Below, piece after piece: positions 51,877 to 64,000 of a stretch of 64,000 nt of DNA (its first letter is position 1; every line of letters starts with the position of its first letter). The notes beneath the pieces were generated by a model. That model worked only from the letters and a program-made list of their open reading frames with translations. It did no database searches and was not told the DNA's origin. Location: the NCBI RefSeq assembly GCF_009914755.1, contig NC_060935.1. The stretch is one strand, 5' to 3'. The DNA comes from the human T2T-CHM13v2.0 reference genome, Homo sapiens. The position numbers and the translations under genes are program-made.

Positions 51877-52398
51877 AGGAGGAGTATTATTATCTTCTAG
51901 AGGAGGAGTATTATCTTCTGGAGGAGGAGTATTATCTTGTAGAGGAGGAGTATTATCTTCTGGAGGAGGCGTATTATCATCTTCTGGAGGAGGAGTATTA
52001 TCTTCTGGAGGAGGAGTATTATCTTCTGGAGGGGGAGTATTATCTTCTAGAGGAGGAGTATTATCTTCTGGAGGAGGAGTATTATCATCTTCTGGAGGAG
52101 GAGTATTATCTTCTGGAGGAGGAGTATTATCTTCTGGAGGAGGAGTATTATCTTCTAGAGGGGGAGTATTATCCTCTGGAGGGGGAGTATTATCTTCTGG
52201 AGGGGGAGTATTATCTTCTGGAGGGGGAGTATTATCTTCTGGAGGAGGAGTATTATCTTCCTTCTGGAGGAGGAGTATTGTCTTCTGGAGGGGGAGTATT
52301 ATCTTCTAGAGGGGGAGTATTATCTTCCGGAGGGGGAGTATTATCTTCTTTCTGGAGGAGGAGTATTGTCTTCTGGAGGGGGAGTATTGTCTTCTGGA
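51877..52398. repeat. Minisatellite, 21-bp unit x24 (RGAGGRGGAGTATTATCTTCT)
   Basis: 24 units counted, with occasional 24-bp and 25-bp variants. Confidence 0.97.
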
Positions 52399-52435
52399 GA
52401 GAAATGAAAGGCACAGGCTGTTTGTCTGAATATTA

Positions 52436-53102
<667 letters not shown>

Positions 53103-54583
53103 AATTTGTCTTTTTGTTGTAAATTCCATCTGTGCTCCTGAAAGCTCTACCCTGGAAGCTCTGTCTCCTTCAGGTATCCATCAGGTTATCTTAGAACTTC
53201 CAGCTGGAGGGATCTGTGTTTGTCTCTCCCTGTCGGCATCAGGGGAGTGCAGGCTGAAGGATGCATAGGGCTGGGATCCTTTGTGAAGTCTCTCCACGGG
53301 GCTGTGGGGGAGGATCCAGTAACCTTGAAGACAGGCTGCATGCCTACAGAGGACCCCTCTGTTGATACCATCTCCACTGATACCATCCCGATGGTGTTTT
53401 GTACCAGAAATGTAGAAATATACAAATCCCTTGTTTTTACCTATTCTTCTTCCTCGTAAGTTCTCTAAAGAAAATATCTGCATGGGTTCACAGGAGCAAG
53501 AAAAAAAAGTAACATTTTATTCTTAGCTGGAGCCTTTCTTGCAAGCCTGAATTCAGAAGTATGGAATGGAATACATAGGGAATTTTTTTTTCTCTACTGA
53601 GGGGACTTAGACTAGAGCCAGAGGCTATACAACTTTCCTTTCTCCATTTGAACACTGGAACCTCAGATCTTGCTATCAGACAGGCTCTCTAGTTATGTAC
53701 TTATTTAGATTTTTTTCTTTTAAAAAAATTTGTCTTGATTGTACTCTCAGAATCAGAGAATCATAAGGTACTTTAGGATCTTTCAGAATGGAATGGTAAT
53801 TAGGACATTAGCTTCATATTGCAAATACCTGGAGAGCTAAAATAAAACAAAAACCAGTGAGGCCCAATCCCATGCTTGGACATTCTGTTTAACTTGCCTG
53901 GAGTATAGTCTGCCCCCAGCCTCGGTGATGCCATTTTGAAGCCAAACGTGAGAAGCTTCTAGATTACCAAAGTATCTTAACCTTAGTGAGCATCAGAAAC
54001 TCCCATGAAACTTTTCAACTCTCCTACCGCCCGGGACCGCTTCAGGTCCATCATGCCCTGATTTCTGGTGGTGAGGCCAGGATACCTGTGTATTATCAAT
54101 AATTTCACTGGTGAATTTGATGCAACCCCAGGTGAAGACCCATTGATTTAAGCCAAAAGTCTTTATTTAAGTGTAAACTGAACCAGGTGAAGTGTGTTGT
54201 GCAATATTTATTATGCGACAGCCGAATGGACCGGAATTTTCCAGCCACGTGCCTCAGAGGTGCTGTGGCTGAAAGGGAACGGCCACATAACTGGGCAGCT
54301 GTGGAGAGGCGAGCGGGGGGCAGGCTGCTGTGTCAGTGCGGGGCCTCCGCGGCTGGGCTTAATCACTGTGTGGCCAGCTGACGCCCTCTGGCTTTTCTTT
54401 TTTTAATTAAATAGATAAATTCTGTGTTTCACTTAAGGCGTATTGTTTACCCTGCATGGGTCTAAAGAGCAGGGGCTAGAGAGGCCATGCGGTCTATTTA
54501 GCCAAGGCTCCAGCAAATGGTTCTCTGGAGCAACAATGGCAAACGGAGGGACTAGTCCACTGTGATGAGCAAGTTTCATGTGA

Positions 54584-55011
<428 letters not shown>

Positions 55012-56279
55012 ATGAACAAACTCTTAGGGGAGAGGAACAGAGGGGGAGCGAAGGAGGGAGGATGGAACCTGCCTGCCCTGGCCGGCCAGCTCCTGGAGGC
55101 TGCACGGAGGAGCCCAGCAGGAGCTGGAGACTGATGTGAAGACTGCAAGCCTGGTAGAAATGCCAAGCCTAAACTGTATCCATAAATAATAATGACTTTA
55201 TTTTCCCCCATTGCTAATTAGAAACAATAATATACAAGGAAACAGAAGTTACTTAATGTATAATTATTCAGTCAGCAATTTTCAAATCATAAATATGGAT
55301 TGCTGTGAGTTATTGCGTTGGAGTCTTCTGAAATAGAGCACAATATGCAAATGTGATTAACACAGCCATGCGCCCAGTCACTCTAAAAGTTGCTTTTCCT
55401 TTCCTTAATAAACTGATTGTTGCAGCCAGGTGTAGGTCGTTAGCATTGATAAGCAGAGGTCCCTTTCCACCCTGTTTCCTGCCTCTTTCCTCTCCTGCAG
55501 ATGGAAAGAGTGAGATGGGCCAGCAGGTTCCTATAGGATGAGCCCTCGAGACCTGAGACCAATGCTGATCTGATAAATAATTGGCATTCTGTTTCAGGAG
55601 GCGGAGGGCTAATAAGCTTTTCCAAGGTAAAGTGTGGAGCTCTGCAGAGCATTCTGGGAGGACAGCACAGGTTCACATCCCACCCTCACTTCTCCTGGGT
55701 GATCCCAGCCCCCTGCTCATATCCCACCCCCGCCTCTCCTGGGTGATCCCAGCCCCTGCCCACCCACGTGGCAGCCTCACCCCAGCCCAGACCCATCTTC
55801 TGAGCTGCGGGCTCTTTATGTGACAGCCTCACCAGAATAACTCACTGCCATTCCAAACGTAAAGCACACAAATGCAAGCCTTGATCCACGTCCTCCTTCC
55901 CTCATCGATCTGTTCCTACTTCAGCCTTCATTATCTCCAAAAATCACACCAAGCCAGAAATGTAAGAACTGAAGCCAGAAATTGCTCATCAGAAATGTAA
56001 GAGTCACTTTGACGCCTCCTTTTCCTTTCTCCTCACTTCTAATCCATAAGCAATTTCTGTCATTTCCACCTCCAAAATAGACTCCCTTCCCTCTGTGCCT
56101 TCACAGCCACCGTCAGGACCTGAGCCACAGTCATCCTTCACGACAGACCACAGCTCCCGCTGTGAGGCCTAGCCAAATCTAAGCATGGTTCCTTCACTGC
56201 TCCTCCTGATTCCAACCTTATCTTCCTCTAACTCATTCACCATAGAAAATCCAGTGTGACCTTTCAAAGTATACGTTAA

Positions 56280-56390
56280 CTCGGGAGGCTGAGACAGGAC
56301 GATCACTTGAGCCCCAGGAGGTCAACGCTGCAGTGAGCCATGATCCTGCCACTGCATTACAGCCTGGGTGATAGAAGGAGGCTTTGTCTC
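56280..56390 (+). mobile_element. Alu right-arm fragment (FRAM/AluJ)
   Basis: ctcgggaggctgagacaggacgatcacttgagccc...gctgcagtgagccatgatc...cagcctgggtga. Confidence 0.85.
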
Positions 56391-56543
56391 TCTCTCTCTA
56401 TCTCTCTCTCTCTATATATATAAATTTATATTTATATAAATATATATGTGTGTATATATATTATGTGTGTATAATACACATATATACATACATATATATA
56501 TACGTATATTTTACACACAGATAGATAGATAGATACATAGATA
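56386..56543. repeat. Compound (TC)n(TA)n(GATA)n microsatellite
   Basis: Directly visible; occupies the position of the Alu tail. Confidence 0.9.
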
Positions 56544-59500
56544 CCATTTACTTCTTTGCTGAAGACTCGTCAGTCTCTTCTTATCAACACGCTAAGCCCG
56601 GAGCCCCAACCCGGTCAACGTGGCCGTGTGGCGCGGCTGCCCCCCGCTGCTCTCTGCCAACTGCTCTCTGCTGACCTCCCTCAGCCACCGTGGCCTGCTC
56701 TTGGTCTCTTGGATTGCAGTGCTTTCCTGCCTCAGGACTGAAACGTGCTGTCCACCCTGCTGGACACAGCCTGGGTCCCCACCTCCCGCTGGCTTTCCCG
56801 TCTCCTCTTTCAGAGCCCAGGTGCCTGTCACCTCGAGGGAGGCCACAGCGCAGGTCTCTGTGCCCTCTCCCACGGCGTCTAGACCTGGATTTTCCTGTCA
56901 CCTCACAAATCACAACCATGGATTTCTCTTGTTTTCACTCATCATGTTTGTGAGTGAGCAGCTTTGCTGTGGAGTTGGGGAAAGAAGCTCTGACCAGGAT
57001 GCAGGGCCGGGGTTGCTTCCCATGGAGCCGCCGCCTCTCCTTCCACCTCTGGGAAAGCCTCTGTGCCTCTTCTGACCCGGCACCCTTCCCTTATATGAGA
57101 GAATTGAGACAGGCAGCCTTCACGGGTCTGAATTCAGAATAATAAGAGATGTTTTCACTCCCAGCATCACTGTGTGGGCACCTGCTGTGTGTACAAAGGG
57201 CCCCATGGTGCCTCAGCAGTTACCTTGTAAAATGGGGACTTCGTGGGTGAAAATTTTAATCAAGAGGCCTATCCAAGTCTAAGTTTCTCTGCAGGGTCCA
57301 AGGGGCTGTCTGAAATTGCCCTCTGTGTCTGTGAGCATTTGGCTGACAGCAGCGAGTGGGAGGGAAGACAGCGCTGCGTGCACCAGCTGTCGGAAGCTGA
57401 AGCCCTGGGGAATGGTTGGATTCACTGAGTGGGCAGTGGGCGCTTGGAGACTGACATTTTTCAGGAGCTCAGTATGGAGTGCCTGCGTGATTTTCATGAG
57501 AATGGGCAGTACTAACTTCAGAGCAATTGGGGAGCCCAGTGTCACGGATTCCTCCCTCACAGACAGCTGCGGGCGAGAGGGACGCTGGCCCCTTATCCAG
57601 GGTGGCCCCAAGTGTCTGCACCAGGTCTGCGGTGGAAGCAGCTGCAGCAGGAATGAGAGAAACAGAAGACTTAGATGTGAGCCCTGAAATGTTAACTTTA
57701 TTTCCTAAATGAGGTGATGCAAATAAGTGAGGGAGACAAAATGACCGACTGGAAGCAGCGAGCGACACCAGCAGCACTGCCTCCCCGCCGATGCTGGCAG
57801 GAGGCTGTGTCCAGATCACACTCTCTTTGGCCACTTCAGATGCAATTCAGTTACCAGTTCTCACAGTAATGAACCTGCCAGGCTGGAGAACCAGTCTAAA
57901 TGCCCGTGTGCTTTTCAAGCTTCCTGGTTCTCCTCTTTGGCTTGAGGTACACGATTATAAAATAAGAGATATGGGAGCAACAAGACCATGTTTCCTACAG
58001 GTCCAGAATGGGAGAAGGCTGAGGCAGTGAGGACTCGAGAACATGGGCCAGTCAGCAAGTCAGGGCAGAGAAAGGGAAGGAAACAGGGCAGGAGGAAGGG
58101 AGGGAGGGGAAGAGAGGGATGCGGGTGGGGTGGGGGAAGGGGTTGGACAGGAAGCAAAAAAAAGAGGATGAGCTCAAGAGACGGGAGAAAGAAAAGGGGA
58201 GGGAGAGGAGAGAGACGTGGTGGAGGACATGTGAGAGGTGGGGTGGCTAAGAGGAGAAGGAGACGAGCTTTTGTCTGGGGCATGTGATTTGCATACCCTC
58301 AAATAAAAGTGGACCCAGGCAGATAAAATCAATTACAGCATATATGATACTGAGAAATTCACAATCTGTACACAAACACAGCAGCAACGCCATGAGCTCA
58401 TTAGCAACCTGCAAATACAAAGAGAAAATGCATGTTTGCGGCCGTCTATCCTCATTGTTTCATCCCCTGGCCCCCAGCTCCTACGGACCAAAGAATGTCA
58501 TTTCCTTCTGATGAAAAGTTTTTCTCTGACCCTAGTGCTCTTCTCTGTTTTCAATTTGAACAGAGTCTCCATTGCTGTACCTTACTGGGTTATACAATAC
58601 CCTGTGAATGAAGCCTTTCAATCAACCTGCATGTCAGCACATTGCATAGCTCCTCAGCCCCACAGGCTCCAGCCTGCTTGCTGCTGTGCGGTGACACAGC
58701 CTCCTCCAGCTCTGGCAGTTGTGCTGTGTCACATTCCTCTGAAGACCCGTGGCTAGTGTGCAGCAGACTTCTCTTTTGTCTGGAATCTCCTGCTCCTCAC
58801 TAGAGGATGCTGGAAGGGCACTGGTGCCTGCAGGCTGTTGTCTGTTACTTGCTTAGAATGTCATTCCACCAGCCTTTGTTAAGGGAGTGAAGTCCGTGGA
58901 GGTACACGAAGACGAGGGAGGCTCATTCTTTGTGCTGATGTTGATCTCCACCTGACTCACGAAATAAGTGATTCACAGAAGACTATTTTTAATCTTTAAC
59001 AAAATTTGAAATATTATAGATTCACAGGAAGTGGCAAAAATACAATCCAGAGAGTTTCCCTGTATTATTCAAAAGTTGGATTTTATACAACTACACACCA
59101 TATAAAAAGCAAGAAATTAACATTGGAATGCTGTGCGTATAGTTCTCTGTTCATTTATCATATGTGTAGATTTGTGTAATTGCCACTGAATCAAGATGTA
59201 GACTCATTGCATCATCACTCTTTGTGATCTCTCTAGTCTTATTCATTTACGGTCATATTCAGCCTCCTGCCCCCCACAATCCCGAATCCTCATCAACATT
59301 AATTTTTTCTCCATATCTACACTTTTATAACTTCAAGAATGTTATAGAATCTCTATGTGACCCTTAAAGATTGGCTTTTATTCACTCAGAATTGTGCCCC
59401 TGAGAGGCATCCAACTGGTTGTATGTATCAAAACTTTCTTTTATTTGTAATTCTCAGTAATGGTATGGATGTACCACAATTTGTTTAACCATTATCTTAT

Positions 59501-60446
59501 TGTAGGGTATTTTGATAGTTTTCAGTGTTTGACTATTGCAAATTAATATAATATAAGCACTTACATTCTGTGTTTTGTGTGAACATAGGTTTTCAATTCT
59601 CTCTCCAGGTGTGCAATTGCTGGATTATATGGTAAGTATATGTTAGTTTTTTTTAATTTCCAAACTGTACTCCACAGTACCATGTTATAACCCCACCAGC
59701 AATGTATGAGAAATCGAGTTCCTTCACATCCTCAGCAGCAAGTGTTATTGTAGCTAATTTTTGTTCTTTTGGTGGGTATTTAGTGATAGCTCATTATGGT
59801 CTGAATTTGCATTTCTCTGATGGCTAGTTATACTGAACATCTTTTCATGTACTTATTTTTGATTTGTACCTCTTCTTCAGTGAAATATCTATGTTTTCGC
59901 TAACTAGTTAATTGAGCTGTTTCTATTTTTATGGTGAGTTTAGAGAGTTCCTTATATACTCTGGATAGTAGTCCACTGTCATGTATGTGTTTTACACATG
60001 TTTTCTCACAACCTGTAGGTTGTATTTTATTTCTTTTGACACGGTCACTTGTAGATTAAAAGTTTTAAATATTGATAAAGTCCAATTTATTGATTTTTTT
60101 TAACAGATCAGGGTCCTGGTGCCATATCTAAGAATTCTTTACCAAGCTCTTGGTTTTAAAAATTTTCTTTGTTTTCTCCTAAAGTTTTTATAGTTTTTCA
60201 ATTTACAATTCTATTCGTGATCCATTTTCAGGTAATTTTTGTGTAAAGAGTGTGGTTTAGGTTGAGGTTCATTTTTCCCCGATGCTGTTTATTGGTCAAG
60301 CATCACTGGCTGGAAAGACCCTCCTCCCTCCAGTAGCTGCTTTTGCAACTTAGTAAAAACTCAAATGAGCATATCTGCATGGTTCCATTTCTGTTTCATT
60401 GATCTGTCTTTTGTCCAGTATCACCCTTTCTTGATTACTACAGACG

Positions 60447-61125
60447 AAGATGCTCCTCAGTTGTTGATGCGGTTTTCTCCCAATAACTCTAATATAAATT
60501 AAAAATATCGTAAGTTGACACCTAACCTATCAAACATCAGAGCTTAGCCTCGCCTACCTTAAACATACTCTGAAGACTTATGTTTGGGCAATATTATCTA
60601 ACACAAAGCCTATTTCATAATAAAGTATTGAATATGTTATGCAATTTATTGAAAACCGTACTGAAAGGAAAAGCAAGATGGTTGCATGGGTTCTCACCAT
60701 CAACATACACAGCTGGAAGCGTGCTGGGCCTGAAGAACGTTCAAAGCCCTGAACTAAAATTAACTGCTGGACGATGGTTGTGCTGCAGAGCCAGGGTCAC
60801 CAACCTCTCTCTTTTCTGATATGGCTTGGGAATTGCTGCTGGAAGGCTCTAGGGCACCTACACTTATTGGTGGTTTAGCAGGAATCGTGTTCCTCAGGAA
60901 GATGTCACGAATCAGTATCGGTTGCTTACCCTCGTGATCTCGAGGCTGACTGGAGCTGAGGCTCCCTGCTGCTGCCCAGCCCTGTATCACAGGGCATATC
61001 ACTAGCACAGGAAAAGATAGAAATTCAAAATTTGAAGTGCTGTTTCTACTGAATGCATATTGGTTTTGCACCATTGTAAAGCTGAAACATCCTAGGTCAA
61101 GCCATCATAAGTCGGGGATCATCTG
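60447..61125 (+). mobile_element. Tigger5/MER47 DNA transposon
   Basis: agatgctcctc...gcttagcctcgcctaccttaaac...ctaacacaaagcctatt...tttctactgaatgc...aagtcggggatcatctg followed by TA. Confidence 0.85.
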
Positions 61126-61885
61126 TATATTGTAGGTGTTAACTTCAGATAGAATGACTCCTCCCACTGTTTTTCAAAAGTGTTTTAGCTATTCTAGTAT
61201 TTTTTCATTTTCATATACATTTTATAACAATCTTTTCTATATCCACAAAATAGCTTGCTGAGAATTAGAATTTGTTGGCAATGACATTAAACTTGTATAC
61301 CAATTTGAGGAGAATTGACATCTTTATTATGCTGAGTATTCCAATCCAGGAACACAGCATGTCTCCATGTGTTTAAACATGTTTTAAATTTTTCATCAGT
61401 ATGCTGTAGTTATCGTCATATGATTTGCATGTATGATTTATTAGATTTACATCTAGGTGTTTCATGTCTTTGGTGATTATAAGTGGTTTTGTATTTTAAA
61501 TTTTTCTTTCCATGTGTGCATTGCTAGTATATAGAAATGCAATTGATTTTTGTATGGCTAACCTTGTAACCATGCTGAAATTACTTACTCGTTCTTGGGG
61601 GTTTGTTTTGTTTCGGGGTTTTAAATTCCTTGGGATTTTCTATTGAGGTGATCATGTGATTTGCAAGTAGAGAGAGTTTTATTTCCTCCTTTCTGATCTG
61701 TATGCCACTTATGGCTAGAAGTTCCAGTAGCAAGTGGAATGAGAATGGTGAGAGCAAACACCCTAACCTCGCTCTTGATGGGAGTGGGATGCATTCAGCA
61801 TTCACTATTCAGTGTCCTGTCAGCTGTGGAATTTTGGAGATGATCTTTATCAAGTGATAGGAGTTGCCTTCTAGTTCCAGCTTTC

Positions 61886-62027
61886 TGAGTTTTTTTTTTT
61901 TTTACGAATTTAATTGGTACTGATTTTTGTCCAGTGTTTGACATAGTCATGTAATTGTGAGTTTTTTTTTTTTACGAATTTAATTGGTACTGATTTTTGT
62001 CCAGTGTTTGACATAGTCATGTAATTG
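61886..62027. repeat. Two-copy ~71-bp tandem duplication
   Basis: Copies identical except for poly-T length (14 vs 12). Confidence 0.95.
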
Positions 62028-63631
62028 CTCTTTAGTCTTGCATCCCATGGTTATTGTGTATAAATGAATAAGCAAACAAATAAATGGATTCTATTTTCTA
62101 TTGTTTTGTTAAGGATTTTTACATCTTTATTTATGAGCTATTTTGTATTGTTTTATTTGATTTGGAGATCTGAGGCTTCAGAAAAGGAAATTAGGAATTA
62201 GGAAGAAGTGTTCCTTCACTTCTACTTTCTGGAGAAGACTACATGTAAGTGGTATTAACTCTTCTTTAAATGTTTGGTGAAATTCTTAAGTGAAGCCATT
62301 TGGGTCTGGAGATTTTGAGTTTTAAATTATGAACCCAGTTTCCTAAGTAATTTACGCACTTTCAAATATCTATTTCATGTTAGGGAAGCTTGCGCTTTAT
62401 GAGGATTGATTCATTTGATCTAATTTTTCAATTTCTGTGTCTAGAGCTGTTCATGGTATTTCCTTATTCTCCTAATGCTCGCATGATCTACAGTGATATT
62501 CTCACAGGTAATTATTTTAATACATTACCGAACTGCCCCAAATCATAATAACACAAAAGCATTTGTCACGTCTTTCCCTTCTCTCCATGCTGACCCAGGC
62601 TCCTGACCAGAAGTAAATAATGGGAACCGCTGAGTGACCTGTGTGAGAGTCACAGGTGTCAGGAGCCCTCCCTGGTGCTGCCCTCTTCCCACGCTCCCAG
62701 TGACTGGGAAAGGATACAGGGGTGATGGCCAACACACAGAGCTGGATCTCCCTGTCAGGACTCAGTTGAGCTTCCAGGCTCCCACCCCAGAAAGTGCCTC
62801 CTCTTGTAAAGTCAGAGAAACTTGGTCCTGGCTGAATGAACTTCAGCCCTACATAGCCCTACATATCCCTACATGTATCAAAGCAGCTGTAGCAGCAAGC
62901 GCTCAAGGAGCTTAAGGAGAAGAAGCAAAGGACCAAGCAATGGAAATGGTAGAGAGAAGGAAAGGAGGGGGGTGAAGGCCTTGGAGGCTGACCTACAGGG
63001 ATGTTGGATGCCATGGCATGATCAGCGACTGAGATCCTTCCTCCCATCCTGCCACACGGACGTGCCCTGGGGAACGGTGGGTGTGAGCAGCGAGGAGATG
63101 CTGTTGATGGAGGCACAGCTGTTCCACTCCTCCCTTCTCAACTTGCTACCTGTAAAGAGCATCTCCGAGTGGATGGATAGCTTTTGAATCCTCTTACAGT
63201 TTTTCTTACTGAATTTTCATTAATAGCCTCCTCATCTCCAGAAATGTCAACTTTTTCTTCTTTCTTGAGAATCTGGAACCTTCAGGATAGAGGCCTCCTC
63301 TCAGTGGCTGCTCAGGATAATGAATATTTTCTTGGATTGAGGAGGACAACCCAGCTGCTCTCTGGGAAGGTGGTTCTGAGAATCCTCAGGTGCAATGTTT
63401 ATGATTAGGGGACTGGAGTAGCTGTGAGGGCCAAAATTAGGAAGACAGAGTGTGGACTTCAAAAACTTCTTGGCTGTAACTGGAGTGCTATTCTATTACC
63501 AGGTCAAGTCATTGTTCTCAAAATGTCAGATAGTAATTCCTTTTATGGCTGAATGGTATTCCATTGTTTGAATATACATTTGTTTATCCATGCGTTGTTG
63601 ATGGACATTCAGGTCATTATAAATACAGCTT

Positions 63632-63860
63632 TTGTAATAGGCTGAAAAAGAGATGTTCATGTCTTAATCCCTGTGAATTAATCTGTGAATGCTATTTTAT
63701 AATATATGGCAAAAGGGACACTGCAGGTGTGATAAATTCAAGAACTTTGAGATGTAGAGATTATTCTAGATTATACAAGTGTGCCCAGATAATCACAACA
63801 GTCCTTTCAAGAGGAAGACAGGAGGCACTGGAGATAGAGAGGAGGAGGTGATCTGATCGT
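63632..63860 (+). mobile_element. MLT1D/C-like LTR 5' part
   Basis: tgtaataggctgaa...atggcaaaagggacactgcaggtgtgat...gagattattctagattat...taatcacaa. Confidence 0.75.
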
Positions 63861-64000
63861 GTTCTGTATGAATTCCATGTCCTTAATTTTCCTCCAGCTC
63901 TGAAATGTAGCTGTAGTCACAGCTCTGATTTCTGGTAGAGAATCCCATCAAACTGGAGATGGCCTCTCATTTAGGCAAAGGGAATGGCCCAGGAAGGACA

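Larger units (their letters stand above)
55860..56950 (+). mobile_element. L2 fragments, interrupted by an Alu monomer and a microsatellite
   Basis: gagtcactttgacgcctccttttcc...atccataagcaatttctgtcatttccacctccaaaata...ccagtgtgacctttcaaa. Confidence 0.55.
58985..62520 (-). mobile_element. Old L1 (L1MC/MD-like) 3' UTR and ORF2, interrupted by a Tigger element
   Basis: tatagattcacaggaagt 3' end; gtatggatgtaccacaatttgtttaacca; ggagaattgacatcttta; gctagtatatagaaatgcaattgattttt. Confidence 0.8.

Noticed and set aside
51877-52398. Shine-Dalgarno-like AGGAGG array and SSGGGVL repeat protein
   Set aside because: Eukaryotic DNA; the open frame follows trivially from the 21-bp period and is broken by the 25-bp units.

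Overview
Primate (human-like) genomic DNA with no recognisable protein-coding gene, tRNA, rRNA or CRISPR array. A large share of the window is interspersed repeat: Alu (J/S/Y, FLAM/FRAM), old L1 (including a ~13-kb nested L1MB/L1MA cluster at 23.1-36.1 kb), MaLR/ERV solo LTRs, MER5/Tigger/hAT DNA-transposon fossils, MIR and L2. One CpG island (~18.4-19.7 kb) is a candidate promoter. Four minisatellites are present: a 36-bp unit carrying a splice donor, a modular 74/60-bp unit, a 35-bp CpG-island unit carrying ETS and YY1-like motifs and forming a stop-GG-ATG chain of mini-ORFs, and a 21-bp unit carrying phased GATA sites. Other notable items are a 36-nt tailless U2 snRNA retrocopy with a perfect 13-bp target-site duplication, two AT-rich palindromes and several small tandem duplications. 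Repeat family and subfamily names come from recalled consensus sequences and need RepeatMasker/Dfam confirmation; boundaries of old elements are approximate. I could not identify the locus. All functional proposals are inference, and none establishes a new biological system.
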